Positions 1 through 8,203 of a DNA stretch of 54,159 bases are shown here, one piece after another. A model generated the notes under the pieces. It saw only the letters and a list, made by a program, of their open reading frames with translations. It was not told the DNA's origin and searched no databases. The position numbers were made by a program, and so were the translations under genes. The first letter of the stretch is position 1, and every line of letters begins with the position of its first letter. Origin of the DNA: an uncultured Candidatus Saccharibacteria bacterium (GTDB lineage Bacteria; Patescibacteriota; Minisyncoccia; Phycocordibacterales; WO2-35-19); NCBI GenBank assembly GCA_964455485.1, contig CAYVXT010000034.1, positions 1 through 54,159 on the forward strand. Direction: 5' to 3'.

Positions 1-2
1 CC

Positions 3-2279
3 ACAACTCCTACCGCAGCAGGTACTATAGGAGCTGTTTTGGGCGGACCAGTAGGAGCAGTGTTCGGATTAACGCCATCTTCTGTTTGGGAACAAGCAGC
101 TAAGGATATAGGTGAACTACTGATGAGACTTACTTCCGGCATACTTTCGATTTCAGGATTTTTGTTTGATATGGTTGTCAAATTTACGGTTATTGATATG
201 GGAAAAAATCTTGGCGATGAAGGTTTGGGTAAAAGCATAAATGCTTCATGGGTTGTACTTAGAGATATTGCTAATATATGTTTTATATTTGTACTACTAT
301 ATGCCGCATTTAAGGCAATGTTTGACTTAAATTTTAGCGGCATTAATAAAACCATTAAAGATATTGTGATTGGTGCAATAATAATAAATTTTAGTGCGTT
401 TTTTACAATGATACCAATCGACGCTTCAAATGTAGTTTCCACCGGCTTTTATCAGTCAATCATATCCGCCGATTCTTCTGCACAGTCAGAAAAAACAGTT
501 TCGGCCTCTTACATGAATTTGCTTAAGCTTAATACCTGGTACAAGCCGGATGCATTTTTTAATGATGCCAAACTTACCACTTCTGCTTCATCTATACTTA
601 TTATTGGGATCATGTCTTCTCTATTCTTTGTTGTAACGGCTATGGTTTTCCTTATAACAAGTATAATGCTGGCTGCGAGGTTCATAATATTGATTTTTGC
701 AATTATACTGTCGCCTGTTGCGGTGATAGCATCTGTAATACCTGGCCAGTCTGGACATTTCAAAAAATGGCTAGATACAGTGATAGGCCAATCTTTCTTT
801 GCTCCTATATTTTTTGCCCTTACGTGGGTCTCTTTAAGGTTGGCAGTTGGTGTAAGAGATTCTTTTGCAGCCGCAGGCTCACTTCAAAACGAGAGCTTCT
901 TGAAAGAAATTTTGGTTAGTCCACAATCTTCTTCAGCAATAGTCATAAACTTTTTGGTTGTGATAGGTTTTTCAATTGCAGCATTGGTTATATCAAAACA
1001 AATCGCTTCTAAAGCGGTTGGTTTTAATACCATAAGCACTTTTGCAACAGGGGCGGCTATTGGTGGGGCAGGGTGGGTTGGAAGGAATACTGCGGGTAGG
1101 TTTGGTAATGCTGTAGCACAGAGTGGTCGACTTAGAGAGTTGGCAAAAAATAGTGGAGTTGGAGGTTTTGCTGCCCGAAGCGCACTTAGAGCGGCAGGCA
1201 ATACCGCTACAGCAAGTTTTGATATTAGAGGTTCAGATACTCTCAAGAAAATTCCTGGTTTGGGTAAAGAGATCGGAACATATGGCAAAGTAAGTGGAGC
1301 TGGAGGTTTTAGTAAGATGGTTTCAAGAAAAGCTGAGGCTGAAAAGGAATTTGCTAAGAATTATCTTGGCCAAACCAGAGGTGAGACTGAAAAAGCTAAC
1401 AGACTAGAACAAGAAGCAGCTGCACTAATAACCCCTGAAGAAAAGGAGAGGGTAACGAAGGCTAGAGTAGATAATTTCAAGGCAGCAGAAACCGACGTAA
1501 AGAACGTAAACAAGGAAAGAGAGGAATATTTAGATAGTAAAGTAAAAACAAATGTTGATTCCGCAGCACAAGCAAAGCAAGAGGCAGAAGAAAAGAAGAA
1601 GAAGCTTAAGGAAGCAGAAGACTCTTACGGCAAGGACGCAACATCAACATTGATGATCAAGAAAGAGGTTGAGGCTGCAGAGGCTAAGGCTAAGGAGGAA
1701 AATACAAAACTTGAAGCCGCCAAGAAGAATATCCGCGAAACCGATGATCAATACAAAGCATTTGAGAGCAAGATAAAAGAGGCTGATAAAAAGCTTGCAG
1801 ACGCTAAGCAAAAAATGGAAAAAGCTGATACTGACAAATCAGAATATGCACCAGAAATACAGAATAAACTTAAGACTGCCGAAGAAGCTAAAAATGCAGG
1901 TAAAAACAGACAAACTGCATATGCAGATACTGTGTCTAAGAAATCTCCTGTATTTACATCTGGGGGTGCGGCTGGAGGAGCAGCATTAGGAACAGTATTT
2001 GCTGGACCGGTAGGTACTGCAATTGGTGCCGCAATAGGAGCAGGGCTTGGAGCTGGTTTGGGCTCATGGATTGGAGGTAAATTTAAAGTAGAAGAAAATA
2101 TAGCTATGGAAAAAGCAGTTAGAGACTTAGCTAACAATAGAAACCAAGATGACCCTAAAAAAGCTTTGAAAGAGCTTATGAAAGTAGCAAAATTAAAACC
2201 TGAGGACTTGGCAGACGCACAACCAGCAGGTGATCAATCCGGAGGAGGACCTTCTGAAAATAAGGGAAATAAATCTTAA
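3..2279 (+). CDS. TrbL/VirB6-like polytopic membrane protein of a type IV secretion-like cluster (5'-partial)
   Basis: The frame is open from base 3 to the TAA at 2277-2279, so the listed TTG at 39 is not a real start and the gene begins upstream of the window. The N-terminal two thirds is multi-TM (ANICFIFVLLYAAF, LIIGIMSSLFFVVTAMVFLITSIML). A Lys/Glu-rich coiled-coil of about 200 aa and a Gly/Ala-rich C-terminal TM follow. The family call rests on topology and neighbourhood (PrgI-like, VirB4), not on a search. Confidence 0.5.
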   Translation, partial: TTPTAAGTIGAVLGGPVGAVFGLTPSSVWEQAAKDIGELLMRLTSGILSISGFLFDMVVKFTVIDMGKNLGDEGLGKSINASWVVLRDIANICFIFVLLYAAFKAMFDLNFSGINKTIKDIVIGAIIINFSAFFTMIPIDASNVVSTGFYQSIISADSSAQSEKTVSASYMNLLKLNTWYKPDAFFNDAKLTTSASSILIIGIMSSLFFVVTAMVFLITSIMLAARFIILIFAIILSPVAVIASVIPGQSGHFKKWLDTVIGQSFFAPIFFALTWVSLRLAVGVRDSFAAAGSLQNESFLKEILVSPQSSSAIVINFLVVIGFSIAALVISKQIASKAVGFNTISTFATGAAIGGAGWVGRNTAGRFGNAVAQSGRLRELAKNSGVGGFAARSALRAAGNTATASFDIRGSDTLKKIPGLGKEIGTYGKVSGAGGFSKMVSRKAEAEKEFAKNYLGQTRGETEKANRLEQEAAALITPEEKERVTKARVDNFKAAETDVKNVNKEREEYLDSKVKTNVDSAAQAKQEAEEKKKKLKEAEDSYGKDATSTLMIKKEVEAAEAKAKEENTKLEAAKKNIRETDDQYKAFESKIKEADKKLADAKQKMEKADTDKSEYAPEIQNKLKTAEEAKNAGKNRQTAYADTVSKKSPVFTSGGAAGGAALGTVFAGPVGTAIGAAIGAGLGAGLGSWIGGKFKVEENIAMEKAVRDLANNRNQDDPKKALKELMKVAKLKPEDLADAQPAGDQSGGGPSENKGNKS

Positions 2280-2284
2280 TTAAA

Positions 2285-2848
2285 ATGGACAATATAACAG
2301 GGCAATTTGAAGAAAGACTAAATAAACTCCCTAAACGGTTGAGAGATTTTATTATAAGTGAAACTTGGGACAACGATCTCACCAAAATACTTTCTTCTTA
2401 CATAATAAACGATAGTCAAAAAACTATTATTTCCAATGAATTGTTTTTGGTTTTGCTTATGGTGACTCCATATACTGAACTTCAAAAAAATATTGCGTTA
2501 CATGCAAACCTTGAAATGTTAATGTCCGAAAAAATTGCTGAAGAAATAATAAATACAATTTTGCAACCAATTTCAGAAGAGGTAGTTAAAGAATTAAATA
2601 TTCAAGAGAATATTGAACCTAAAAGTTCAATAGGGGAGTCTTTTGAGCAAATCATATTGAATCAAGCAAGAGCAATGCAGCCAGCAAGAGAAGAGGGTGA
2701 GGTAGATCTAAGCGACCATAATCAACTCACTGCAGGGCAGGCACCAGAAAATTTACCCACAGAGAATAGTGCCCCAGAAACACCCAAACCAATGCCTCAA
2801 GTACCAAAATACTCCGGACCAGATCCATACCGAGAACCGGTAGAATAA
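2285..2848 (+). CDS. hypothetical protein (T4SS-like cluster)
   Basis: ORF starts 5 nt after the previous stop on the same strand. No motif recognised. Pro-rich C-terminus. Confidence 0.6.
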   Translation: MDNITGQFEERLNKLPKRLRDFIISETWDNDLTKILSSYIINDSQKTIISNELFLVLLMVTPYTELQKNIALHANLEMLMSEKIAEEIINTILQPISEEVVKELNIQENIEPKSSIGESFEQIILNQARAMQPAREEGEVDLSDHNQLTAGQAPENLPTENSAPETPKPMPQVPKYSGPDPYREPVE

Positions 2849-2915
2849 TTACTCTAATTAATCACAAGTTGTCTCGCCCAAATCCTATATTAGTATCTTT
2901 CGAATTGGAGCTTAT

Positions 2916-2951
2916 TTAGAATAATTAGTATAATTAAAATAATTAGAAATT
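2916..2951 (+). repeat. array of four contiguous 9-bp iterons (ttagaataa|ttagtataa|ttaaaataa|ttagaaatt)
   Basis: Read directly. The units abut with no spacer and the array ends 4 nt before the ATG at 2956. Unit 2 contains TATAAT. Related units gtagaataa|ttactctaa lie at 2840-2857 across the stop of the upstream gene. Confidence 0.8.
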
Positions 2952-2955
2952 TATT

Positions 2956-3381
2956 ATGCGTTTTCAGGTTCCACAATTTATAGACGTTGAAGATAAAATA
3001 TTTGGGCCACTAACGCTCAAGCAATTTATATATTTGGCTGGTGGAGCAAGCGCGGCCGTAATTGGTATAACTTTTTTTGGAATATTTTTTGGACTAGTTG
3101 TATCTTCACCGATTGTAATACTTGCATCGGCACTTGCATTTTATAAGGTAAACAACCGGCCATTAATAAACACTCTTGAATCAGCCTTCAAATACGCAAC
3201 TAAAGAAAAACTTTATATATGGAAAAAGTCAGAACCATCTGTAAAACAGAAGGTTAATGAAGAAGAAGCAAAATTCAGCACTCTTGTGGTTCCAAACTTA
3301 TCTCAAAGCAAACTTAAAGACATGAACTGGCAACTTGATGTAAAGAAAAAAGAAGATGATTTACTAGCTAAAAGTAGCTAG
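2956..3381 (+). CDS. PrgI-family (VirB3-like) small membrane protein
   Basis: The N-terminus MRFQVPQFIDVEDKIFGPLTLKQFIYL followed by two hydrophobic helices matches the pattern I associate with PrgI-family proteins of Gram-positive-type conjugation systems. It lies two genes upstream of VirB4. Confidence 0.6.
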   Translation: MRFQVPQFIDVEDKIFGPLTLKQFIYLAGGASAAVIGITFFGIFFGLVVSSPIVILASALAFYKVNNRPLINTLESAFKYATKEKLYIWKKSEPSVKQKVNEEEAKFSTLVVPNLSQSKLKDMNWQLDVKKKEDDLLAKSS

Positions 3382-3409
3382 TAGCGAGCTTCTGGGTTAA
3401 AATGTTTTT

Positions 3410-4033
3410 ATGGCGAATAACGCAACTCAAGAATTTGTACCAATAGATGACATACGAGATGGTATCGTACTCCTTAAAGATGGGGGAATGCGTGGCATAC
3501 TTATGGCTTCGAGCATAAACTTTTCGTTGAAGTCTGACGATGAGAGGCAAGCAATACTTTTACAGTTTCAAGATTTTGTAAATTCACTTGATTTCCCAGT
3601 ACAAATAATAGCCCAATCAAGAAGGCTTGATATACGGCCTTATATTGCTCTACTAGAGGGTAGGTACAAAGAACAAACAAATGAACTTTTAAAAATTCAA
3701 ATAGAGCAGTATGTACAATTCGTAAAAAGCTTCACTGAATCTACTAACATAATGACAAAAAACTTTTTCATTATCGTCCCATATGATGCTGCAATAATCT
3801 CTAACAAGAAGAGTCTTATCCCAGGGTTTTCAAGCTCCAAACCAAATAAAGAGCAAGAGGAGGAAGATTTTGAGGAAAAAAGAAATCAGCTTGAACAAAG
3901 AATGGGTGTAGTAGAACAAGGACTTGTAAGGTGTGGTATTAGGGTTGCAAAACTTGGCACAGATGAAGTAGTAGAGTTATTTTATAAGATATTTAACCCG
4001 GGAGAAACGGAGAAACCAATTAAAATCAATTAA
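3410..4033 (+). CDS. hypothetical protein; resembles the N-terminal (non-ATPase) part of VirB4/TraC-type proteins
   Basis: 207-aa ORF between the PrgI-like gene and VirB4. The segment EFVPIDDIRDGIVLLKDGGMRGILMASSINFSLKSDDERQAILLQFQDFVNSL is organised like the N-terminus of the adjacent VirB4 (LRDILAPSALKVNTKELNLGEKVVRSFFVISYPRYL...). No Walker motifs. Confidence 0.55.
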   Translation: MANNATQEFVPIDDIRDGIVLLKDGGMRGILMASSINFSLKSDDERQAILLQFQDFVNSLDFPVQIIAQSRRLDIRPYIALLEGRYKEQTNELLKIQIEQYVQFVKSFTESTNIMTKNFFIIVPYDAAIISNKKSLIPGFSSSKPNKEQEEEDFEEKRNQLEQRMGVVEQGLVRCGIRVAKLGTDEVVELFYKIFNPGETEKPIKIN

Positions 4034-4056
4034 CCTAATTATTCTAATTAACCTAG
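4030..4056 (-). repeat. three contiguous 9-bp iterons in inverted orientation (minus strand reads ctaggttaa|ttagaataa|ttaggttaa)
   Basis: Plus strand reads ttaacctaa|ttattctaa|ttaacctag. Overlaps the TAA stop at 4031-4033. Separated by 19 nt from the plus-strand array at 4076. Confidence 0.75.
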
Positions 4057-4075
4057 AATAATAATTGATTCTGAC

Positions 4076-4111
4076 TTAGTATAATTAGAGCAATTAGGGT
4101 ACTTAGAATAA
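4076..4111 (+). repeat. array of four contiguous 9-bp iterons (ttagtataa|ttagagcaa|ttagggtac|ttagaataa)
   Basis: Read directly. Ends 10 nt before the ATG of VirB4 at 4122. Unit 1 contains TATAAT. Confidence 0.8.
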
Positions 4112-4121
4112 TTTTCAGAAC

Positions 4122-5927
4122 ATGTTTGATTTCCTAAAAAAGAAAAAAGAAGAGTCTATATCGACAAATATTTCGATGATACCTCAAAATATTACCGAGA
4201 GCTCAGAGCTAGAGCTTAGAGATATTTTGGCGCCAAGCGCACTTAAGGTAAATACCAAAGAACTTAATTTAGGAGAAAAGGTTGTTAGAAGTTTTTTTGT
4301 AATTTCATATCCACGATACCTGTCAGAAGATTGGTTCGCACCAATAATTAATATGGATAAAATGTTTGATGTTTCAATATTTATTCATCCACTCGAAACA
4401 TCAAAAGTTTTAAGAAGTTTCCAAAAAAAAGTAGCTGAGGTTCAAAGTCAAATTAGGGTAAGAGAAGATAAGGGTTTGGTACGCGACCCAATGCTTGATA
4501 CCGCATATCAAGACCTTGAAAATCTCCGGGACCAGCTTCAGCAAGCGCAGGAAAAAATGTTTGAGGTAGGTTTGTATATTTCAGTGTATGCAAACAGTAG
4601 CGATGAACTAGATAAAACAGAATCAGAAATAAAATCAATTTTGGAATCAAAGCTGGTATATGTAAAACCAGCAATGTTCCAACAAGAGCAAGGCTTTATG
4701 AGCATACTTCCAATAGCTAAAGACGAGCTGCAAGTACATTCAAAAATAAATTCTTCTCCTCTATCAAGCCTTTTTCCTTTCATCTCGTTCGATCTTACTT
4801 CTGACAAAGGTATACTTTATGGGATAAACAGGCACAACTCATCTTTAGTGCTTTTTGATCGATTTTCTTTGGAAAACTATAACTCGGTGTGTTTGGCAAA
4901 ATCCGGATCTGGTAAATCATTTACAACCAAACTGGAAATACTTAGGACTCTTATGTTTGATGCGGAGGTTATAGTAATAGACCCAGAAAATGAATACCAG
5001 TACATGTCTGAGGCTGTAGGAGGTAGGTATTTCAACATCTCTTTAAACTCTGACCATCACATCAACCCATTTGAACTTCCTGTACCAGGTGAGGATGAGT
5101 CTTCAGCTTCTGTTTTAAGAAGCCAAATAATAAACTTGGTTGGACTTTTCCGCATAATGCTTGGCGGACTCACAGCTGAAGAAGATGCGATTATTGACAG
5201 AGCAATTACAGAAACTTATGCACTTAAAGACATTACTGCTGATTCTGATTTTAAAAATGTAGAACCGCCACTTTTGTCTGACTTCGAATTGGTGCTAGGT
5301 GGCATGGAGGGAGGTGATTCGCTAGCTCAAAGGCTTTCAAAATACACACGTGGTACCTGGTCAAACTTTATAAACAAACCTTCAAATATAGATATCAATA
5401 AAAAATTTGTTGTTTTTTCAATCAGGGACATGGAAGACGAGTTAAAACCTGTGGCTATGTATATAGTGATGCATTATATTTGGAACGCAATACGCCGTGA
5501 GCTAAAAAAGAGGCTTCTTGTAATAGATGAGGCTTGGTGGATGATGAAATCCGAAGACACAGCTTCATTCCTTCTTTCATTGGCAAAAAGAGGTAGAAAA
5601 TACTATTTAGGGCTCGCCACAATAACCCAGGACGTGGATGACTTTTTGAAATCACCATATGGAACACCAATCATTTCCAATTCTTCCATCCAAATACTTC
5701 TAAAACAATCACCAACAACCATAGACAGGTTGCAGCAAGTTTTTAATCTTACAAACGAGGAAAAATATTTACTTATTGAGTCTGGGGTAGGTGAGGGTAT
5801 ATTCTTTGCGGGGTTGAAACATGTAGCTATAAAAATTATTGCCTCGTATACAGAGGAACAAATCATCACTTCTGACCCATCTCAAATAATGGCGATCAAG
5901 AAAAATAAAGCTGCGACTCAAAAATAA
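4122..5927 (+). CDS. virB4: VirB4-family type IV secretion ATPase
   Basis: Walker A CLAKSGSGKSFTTK and Walker B RLLVIDEAWWMM. The 601-aa size and the N-terminal non-ATPase domain are typical of VirB4/TraC/PrgJ-type ATPases. Confidence 0.85.
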   Translation: MFDFLKKKKEESISTNISMIPQNITESSELELRDILAPSALKVNTKELNLGEKVVRSFFVISYPRYLSEDWFAPIINMDKMFDVSIFIHPLETSKVLRSFQKKVAEVQSQIRVREDKGLVRDPMLDTAYQDLENLRDQLQQAQEKMFEVGLYISVYANSSDELDKTESEIKSILESKLVYVKPAMFQQEQGFMSILPIAKDELQVHSKINSSPLSSLFPFISFDLTSDKGILYGINRHNSSLVLFDRFSLENYNSVCLAKSGSGKSFTTKLEILRTLMFDAEVIVIDPENEYQYMSEAVGGRYFNISLNSDHHINPFELPVPGEDESSASVLRSQIINLVGLFRIMLGGLTAEEDAIIDRAITETYALKDITADSDFKNVEPPLLSDFELVLGGMEGGDSLAQRLSKYTRGTWSNFINKPSNIDINKKFVVFSIRDMEDELKPVAMYIVMHYIWNAIRRELKKRLLVIDEAWWMMKSEDTASFLLSLAKRGRKYYLGLATITQDVDDFLKSPYGTPIISNSSIQILLKQSPTTIDRLQQVFNLTNEEKYLLIESGVGEGIFFAGLKHVAIKIIASYTEEQIITSDPSQIMAIKKNKAATQK

Positions 5928-5930
5928 TTT

Positions 5931-6368
5931 ATGGAGGAAGAACCAATTAAACGAGAATTAGTTCGTACAGGTTATAGGCCCAGAATCGAAACCCCAAAAC
6001 CCCCAGAAAGAATAAAAGGTTGGGTAGCATCATGTATAACCATTTTTGCTTTATGTGTAGACGCAATTCAAGCCAAACTCACCGCCATAGCCATAGGAGT
6101 TGTATTGGGCCCTATAATCTCAGTTGGAGCTTATACTGCGGTCGGCATTACTTTTCTTTTATGTGGAGTTAGTTTGCTAGGAGACAGTAGAAAAATCTTA
6201 ACCTTGATAGGTACAGGCGCTGTAGAGGCCACATTTTCATTTATTCCCGGATTTACAGGTTGGGCAGTTATGATCATACTTCAAACTTGGGCTGAGGACG
6301 GTAAAGAGGGGTGGTTAGGTGAAATAGCATCAAAGGTAGGGGCATTTAAAAGCTTTGTGTCCAAGTAA
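5931..6368 (+). CDS. hypothetical polytopic membrane protein (T4SS-like cluster)
   Basis: Starts 3 nt after the virB4 stop. Has 3-4 hydrophobic helices (ITIFALCVDAIQAKLTAIAIGVVLGPIISVGAYTAVGITFLLCGVSLL). Confidence 0.6.
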   Translation: MEEEPIKRELVRTGYRPRIETPKPPERIKGWVASCITIFALCVDAIQAKLTAIAIGVVLGPIISVGAYTAVGITFLLCGVSLLGDSRKILTLIGTGAVEATFSFIPGFTGWAVMIILQTWAEDGKEGWLGEIASKVGAFKSFVSK

Positions 6369-6423
6369 TCAACTTTTAAAAAGTAAATCAAATATTTGCT
6401 GTGGTATTATTAATGTAAATACC

Positions 6424-7428
6424 ATGATTTCAAAAACTCTAAATTTATTAATAGTCGCTATCGTATTTACTGTTTTTTTACCTAATTTTACTTTTGCGCA
6501 GTATAATGCGAGCCTCCCTTATTCGGTATCAAATGAAGTAGATATAGCCGTAGTGCCAACTTATCCAAAGCCTGGCGATATAGTTTCAATCACACTAAGT
6601 TTGTATACAGAAGATTTGAATACTGCAAACATAAGTTGGTACAAGGATGGTAAATTAGAAAAATCTGGTAAAGGCGAGATGAGATTTTCGTTTACTGCTA
6701 ATAAAGCCGGGCAAGAAACGAAAATTAGTGTCAACATAAGTCTTGCAAACGGCCCAACATTTACAAAAAACTTTACGATTAACCCCACAGTTGTTGATTT
6801 GATATGGGAAGCAAACACTTACACTCCACCGTTTTATAAAGGTAAAGCCCTCCACTCTAAACAAGGGGTATTAAAAATAGTAGCTATACCAGAATTTATT
6901 AAAAACGGAAATATAATTCCTGCCCAAAACCTTGTTTACGAATGGACTCAAGGTGAAAGTGTCATTCAAAATCAGTCTGGATATGGGAAAAATACTCTAG
7001 TTGTTAATGGTTCTATTTTAGGAAAAAGTGAAGAAATTGGTGTCACTGTCACAGACCCAATAAATAATTTAGTTGGGGTTAGTTATTTAAATATTAGTCC
7101 ATCAAATCCTGAGATTGTTTTTTATGAAAACAATCCATATTATGGACACATATTTGATAGAGCTCTCGTTGGCTCACACACTCTAAGTGGGGAAGAGATG
7201 CAAGTTGTAGCTGCACCTTACTTTTTTAGCAAGGAAGCTTCGGGTAAAATTTCTTATAATTGGAGATTAAACGGAAAACTTGTAAACGAACTTAGCCAAT
7301 CAAGAACTGCGATCTTCCGAAAACCAGAAGGCAAGTCGGGTCAATCAAATATTCTTTTGGGTGTTGAAAACGCAAACAGAATACTGCAACAAGCAAATGG
7401 TGGCTTAACAATAAAATTTAGTAATTAA
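6424..7428 (+). CDS. hypothetical secreted protein (T4SS-like cluster)
   Basis: I prefer the internal ATG at 6424, giving MISKTLNLLIVAIVFTVFLPNFTFAQ, a clear signal peptide. The listed start at 6355 overlaps the previous gene. No motif recognised. Confidence 0.6.
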   Translation: MISKTLNLLIVAIVFTVFLPNFTFAQYNASLPYSVSNEVDIAVVPTYPKPGDIVSITLSLYTEDLNTANISWYKDGKLEKSGKGEMRFSFTANKAGQETKISVNISLANGPTFTKNFTINPTVVDLIWEANTYTPPFYKGKALHSKQGVLKIVAIPEFIKNGNIIPAQNLVYEWTQGESVIQNQSGYGKNTLVVNGSILGKSEEIGVTVTDPINNLVGVSYLNISPSNPEIVFYENNPYYGHIFDRALVGSHTLSGEEMQVVAAPYFFSKEASGKISYNWRLNGKLVNELSQSRTAIFRKPEGKSGQSNILLGVENANRILQQANGGLTIKFSN

Positions 7429-8199
7429 ATGAAGGGGTTAATAATTACATTTTTGATAATATTGTCAGTTGGTAGTTTTGCATTAAACACTCACGCACAA
7501 GATATTGAGTACACCTTACTCGCACCAATCCCTTGCGTAGGGAGTGGGGGAGAAAATCCAGATTGTAACACTGTATCTGAAACCACCACATTTCAAAAAT
7601 ATGTTCCTGGAGCCTTCTCTCTCCTTATTGGTCTTGCTGCTATAACAGCCATTGTAAGACTTGTGTGGGGAGGCTTTTTATATATCACCTCAGCAGCAAT
7701 AAACAGTAAAAATGAGGGGAGAGAGCTTATAAAAAATTCAATTTATGGTCTTGTTCTCGCCATCGGAGCAGCAGTTATTCTAAATACCATAAATCCAAAT
7801 TTACTTAATTTTAATTTAAATATTGAAAGTGTATCTATTGCTCCTATTGATGGGGGAAGTTTGAATTCCTCTGGACTACAAAGAGTTACTCAGTTGGCAT
7901 ACGATGATTTGAAAGCTAAGTGTACAGGATGCACAATTAGGGTTACTAGCACCACTGGTGGCACCCACACCCCAGGGTCAGATCATTATACAGGCCGTGC
8001 GATAGATTTTGGTGCAGATCAGAACCTTACAAAATTTATTACTGGTTCAACAAACAAACCTAATACTTGCGCCACAAAGGACTTAGTATTGGGCGGACAA
8101 GCTGTAACATTTCTTTGGGAACCATTGGGATCTAGGTGTAGTAGAAATCCATCAGCACCTGCTTCAAATGGTGACCATTGGCACATGTCGATCAAATAA
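7429..8199 (+). CDS. T4SS-pilin-like N-terminal module fused to a C-terminal LAS/M15-type zinc peptidase (putative peptidoglycan hydrolase)
   Basis: Signal peptide (ALNTHAQ), then YTLLAPIP...FQKYVPGAFSLLIGLAAITAIVRLVWGGFLYITS...IYGLVLAIGAAVILNTINPNLL, a two-helix hairpin typical of CPR T4SS pilin proteins. The C-terminus carries SDHYTGRAIDF (S-x-H-x-x-G-x-A-x-D) and GDHWH (H-x-H), the metal ligands of VanY/M15 peptidases. Confidence 0.6.
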   Translation: MKGLIITFLIILSVGSFALNTHAQDIEYTLLAPIPCVGSGGENPDCNTVSETTTFQKYVPGAFSLLIGLAAITAIVRLVWGGFLYITSAAINSKNEGRELIKNSIYGLVLAIGAAVILNTINPNLLNFNLNIESVSIAPIDGGSLNSSGLQRVTQLAYDDLKAKCTGCTIRVTSTTGGTHTPGSDHYTGRAIDFGADQNLTKFITGSTNKPNTCATKDLVLGGQAVTFLWEPLGSRCSRNPSAPASNGDHWHMSIK

Positions 8200-8203
8200 C
8201 AAT

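Noticed and set aside
509-2137. Minus-strand and alternative-frame ORFs inside the TrbL-like gene (509-763, 884-1288, 1748-2137, 1795-1989).
   Set aside because: They lie entirely within a long, well-supported plus-strand gene. Their products are low-complexity mirror translations (Ala/Pro/Ser-rich) of the Gly/Ala- and Lys/Glu-rich regions, with no independent signals.
2916-4111. Could the short tandem repeats be a CRISPR array or a minisatellite?
   Set aside because: The units are 9 bp, abut without spacers, number only 3-4 per array, and vary at the central positions. This is incompatible with CRISPR repeat-spacer structure.
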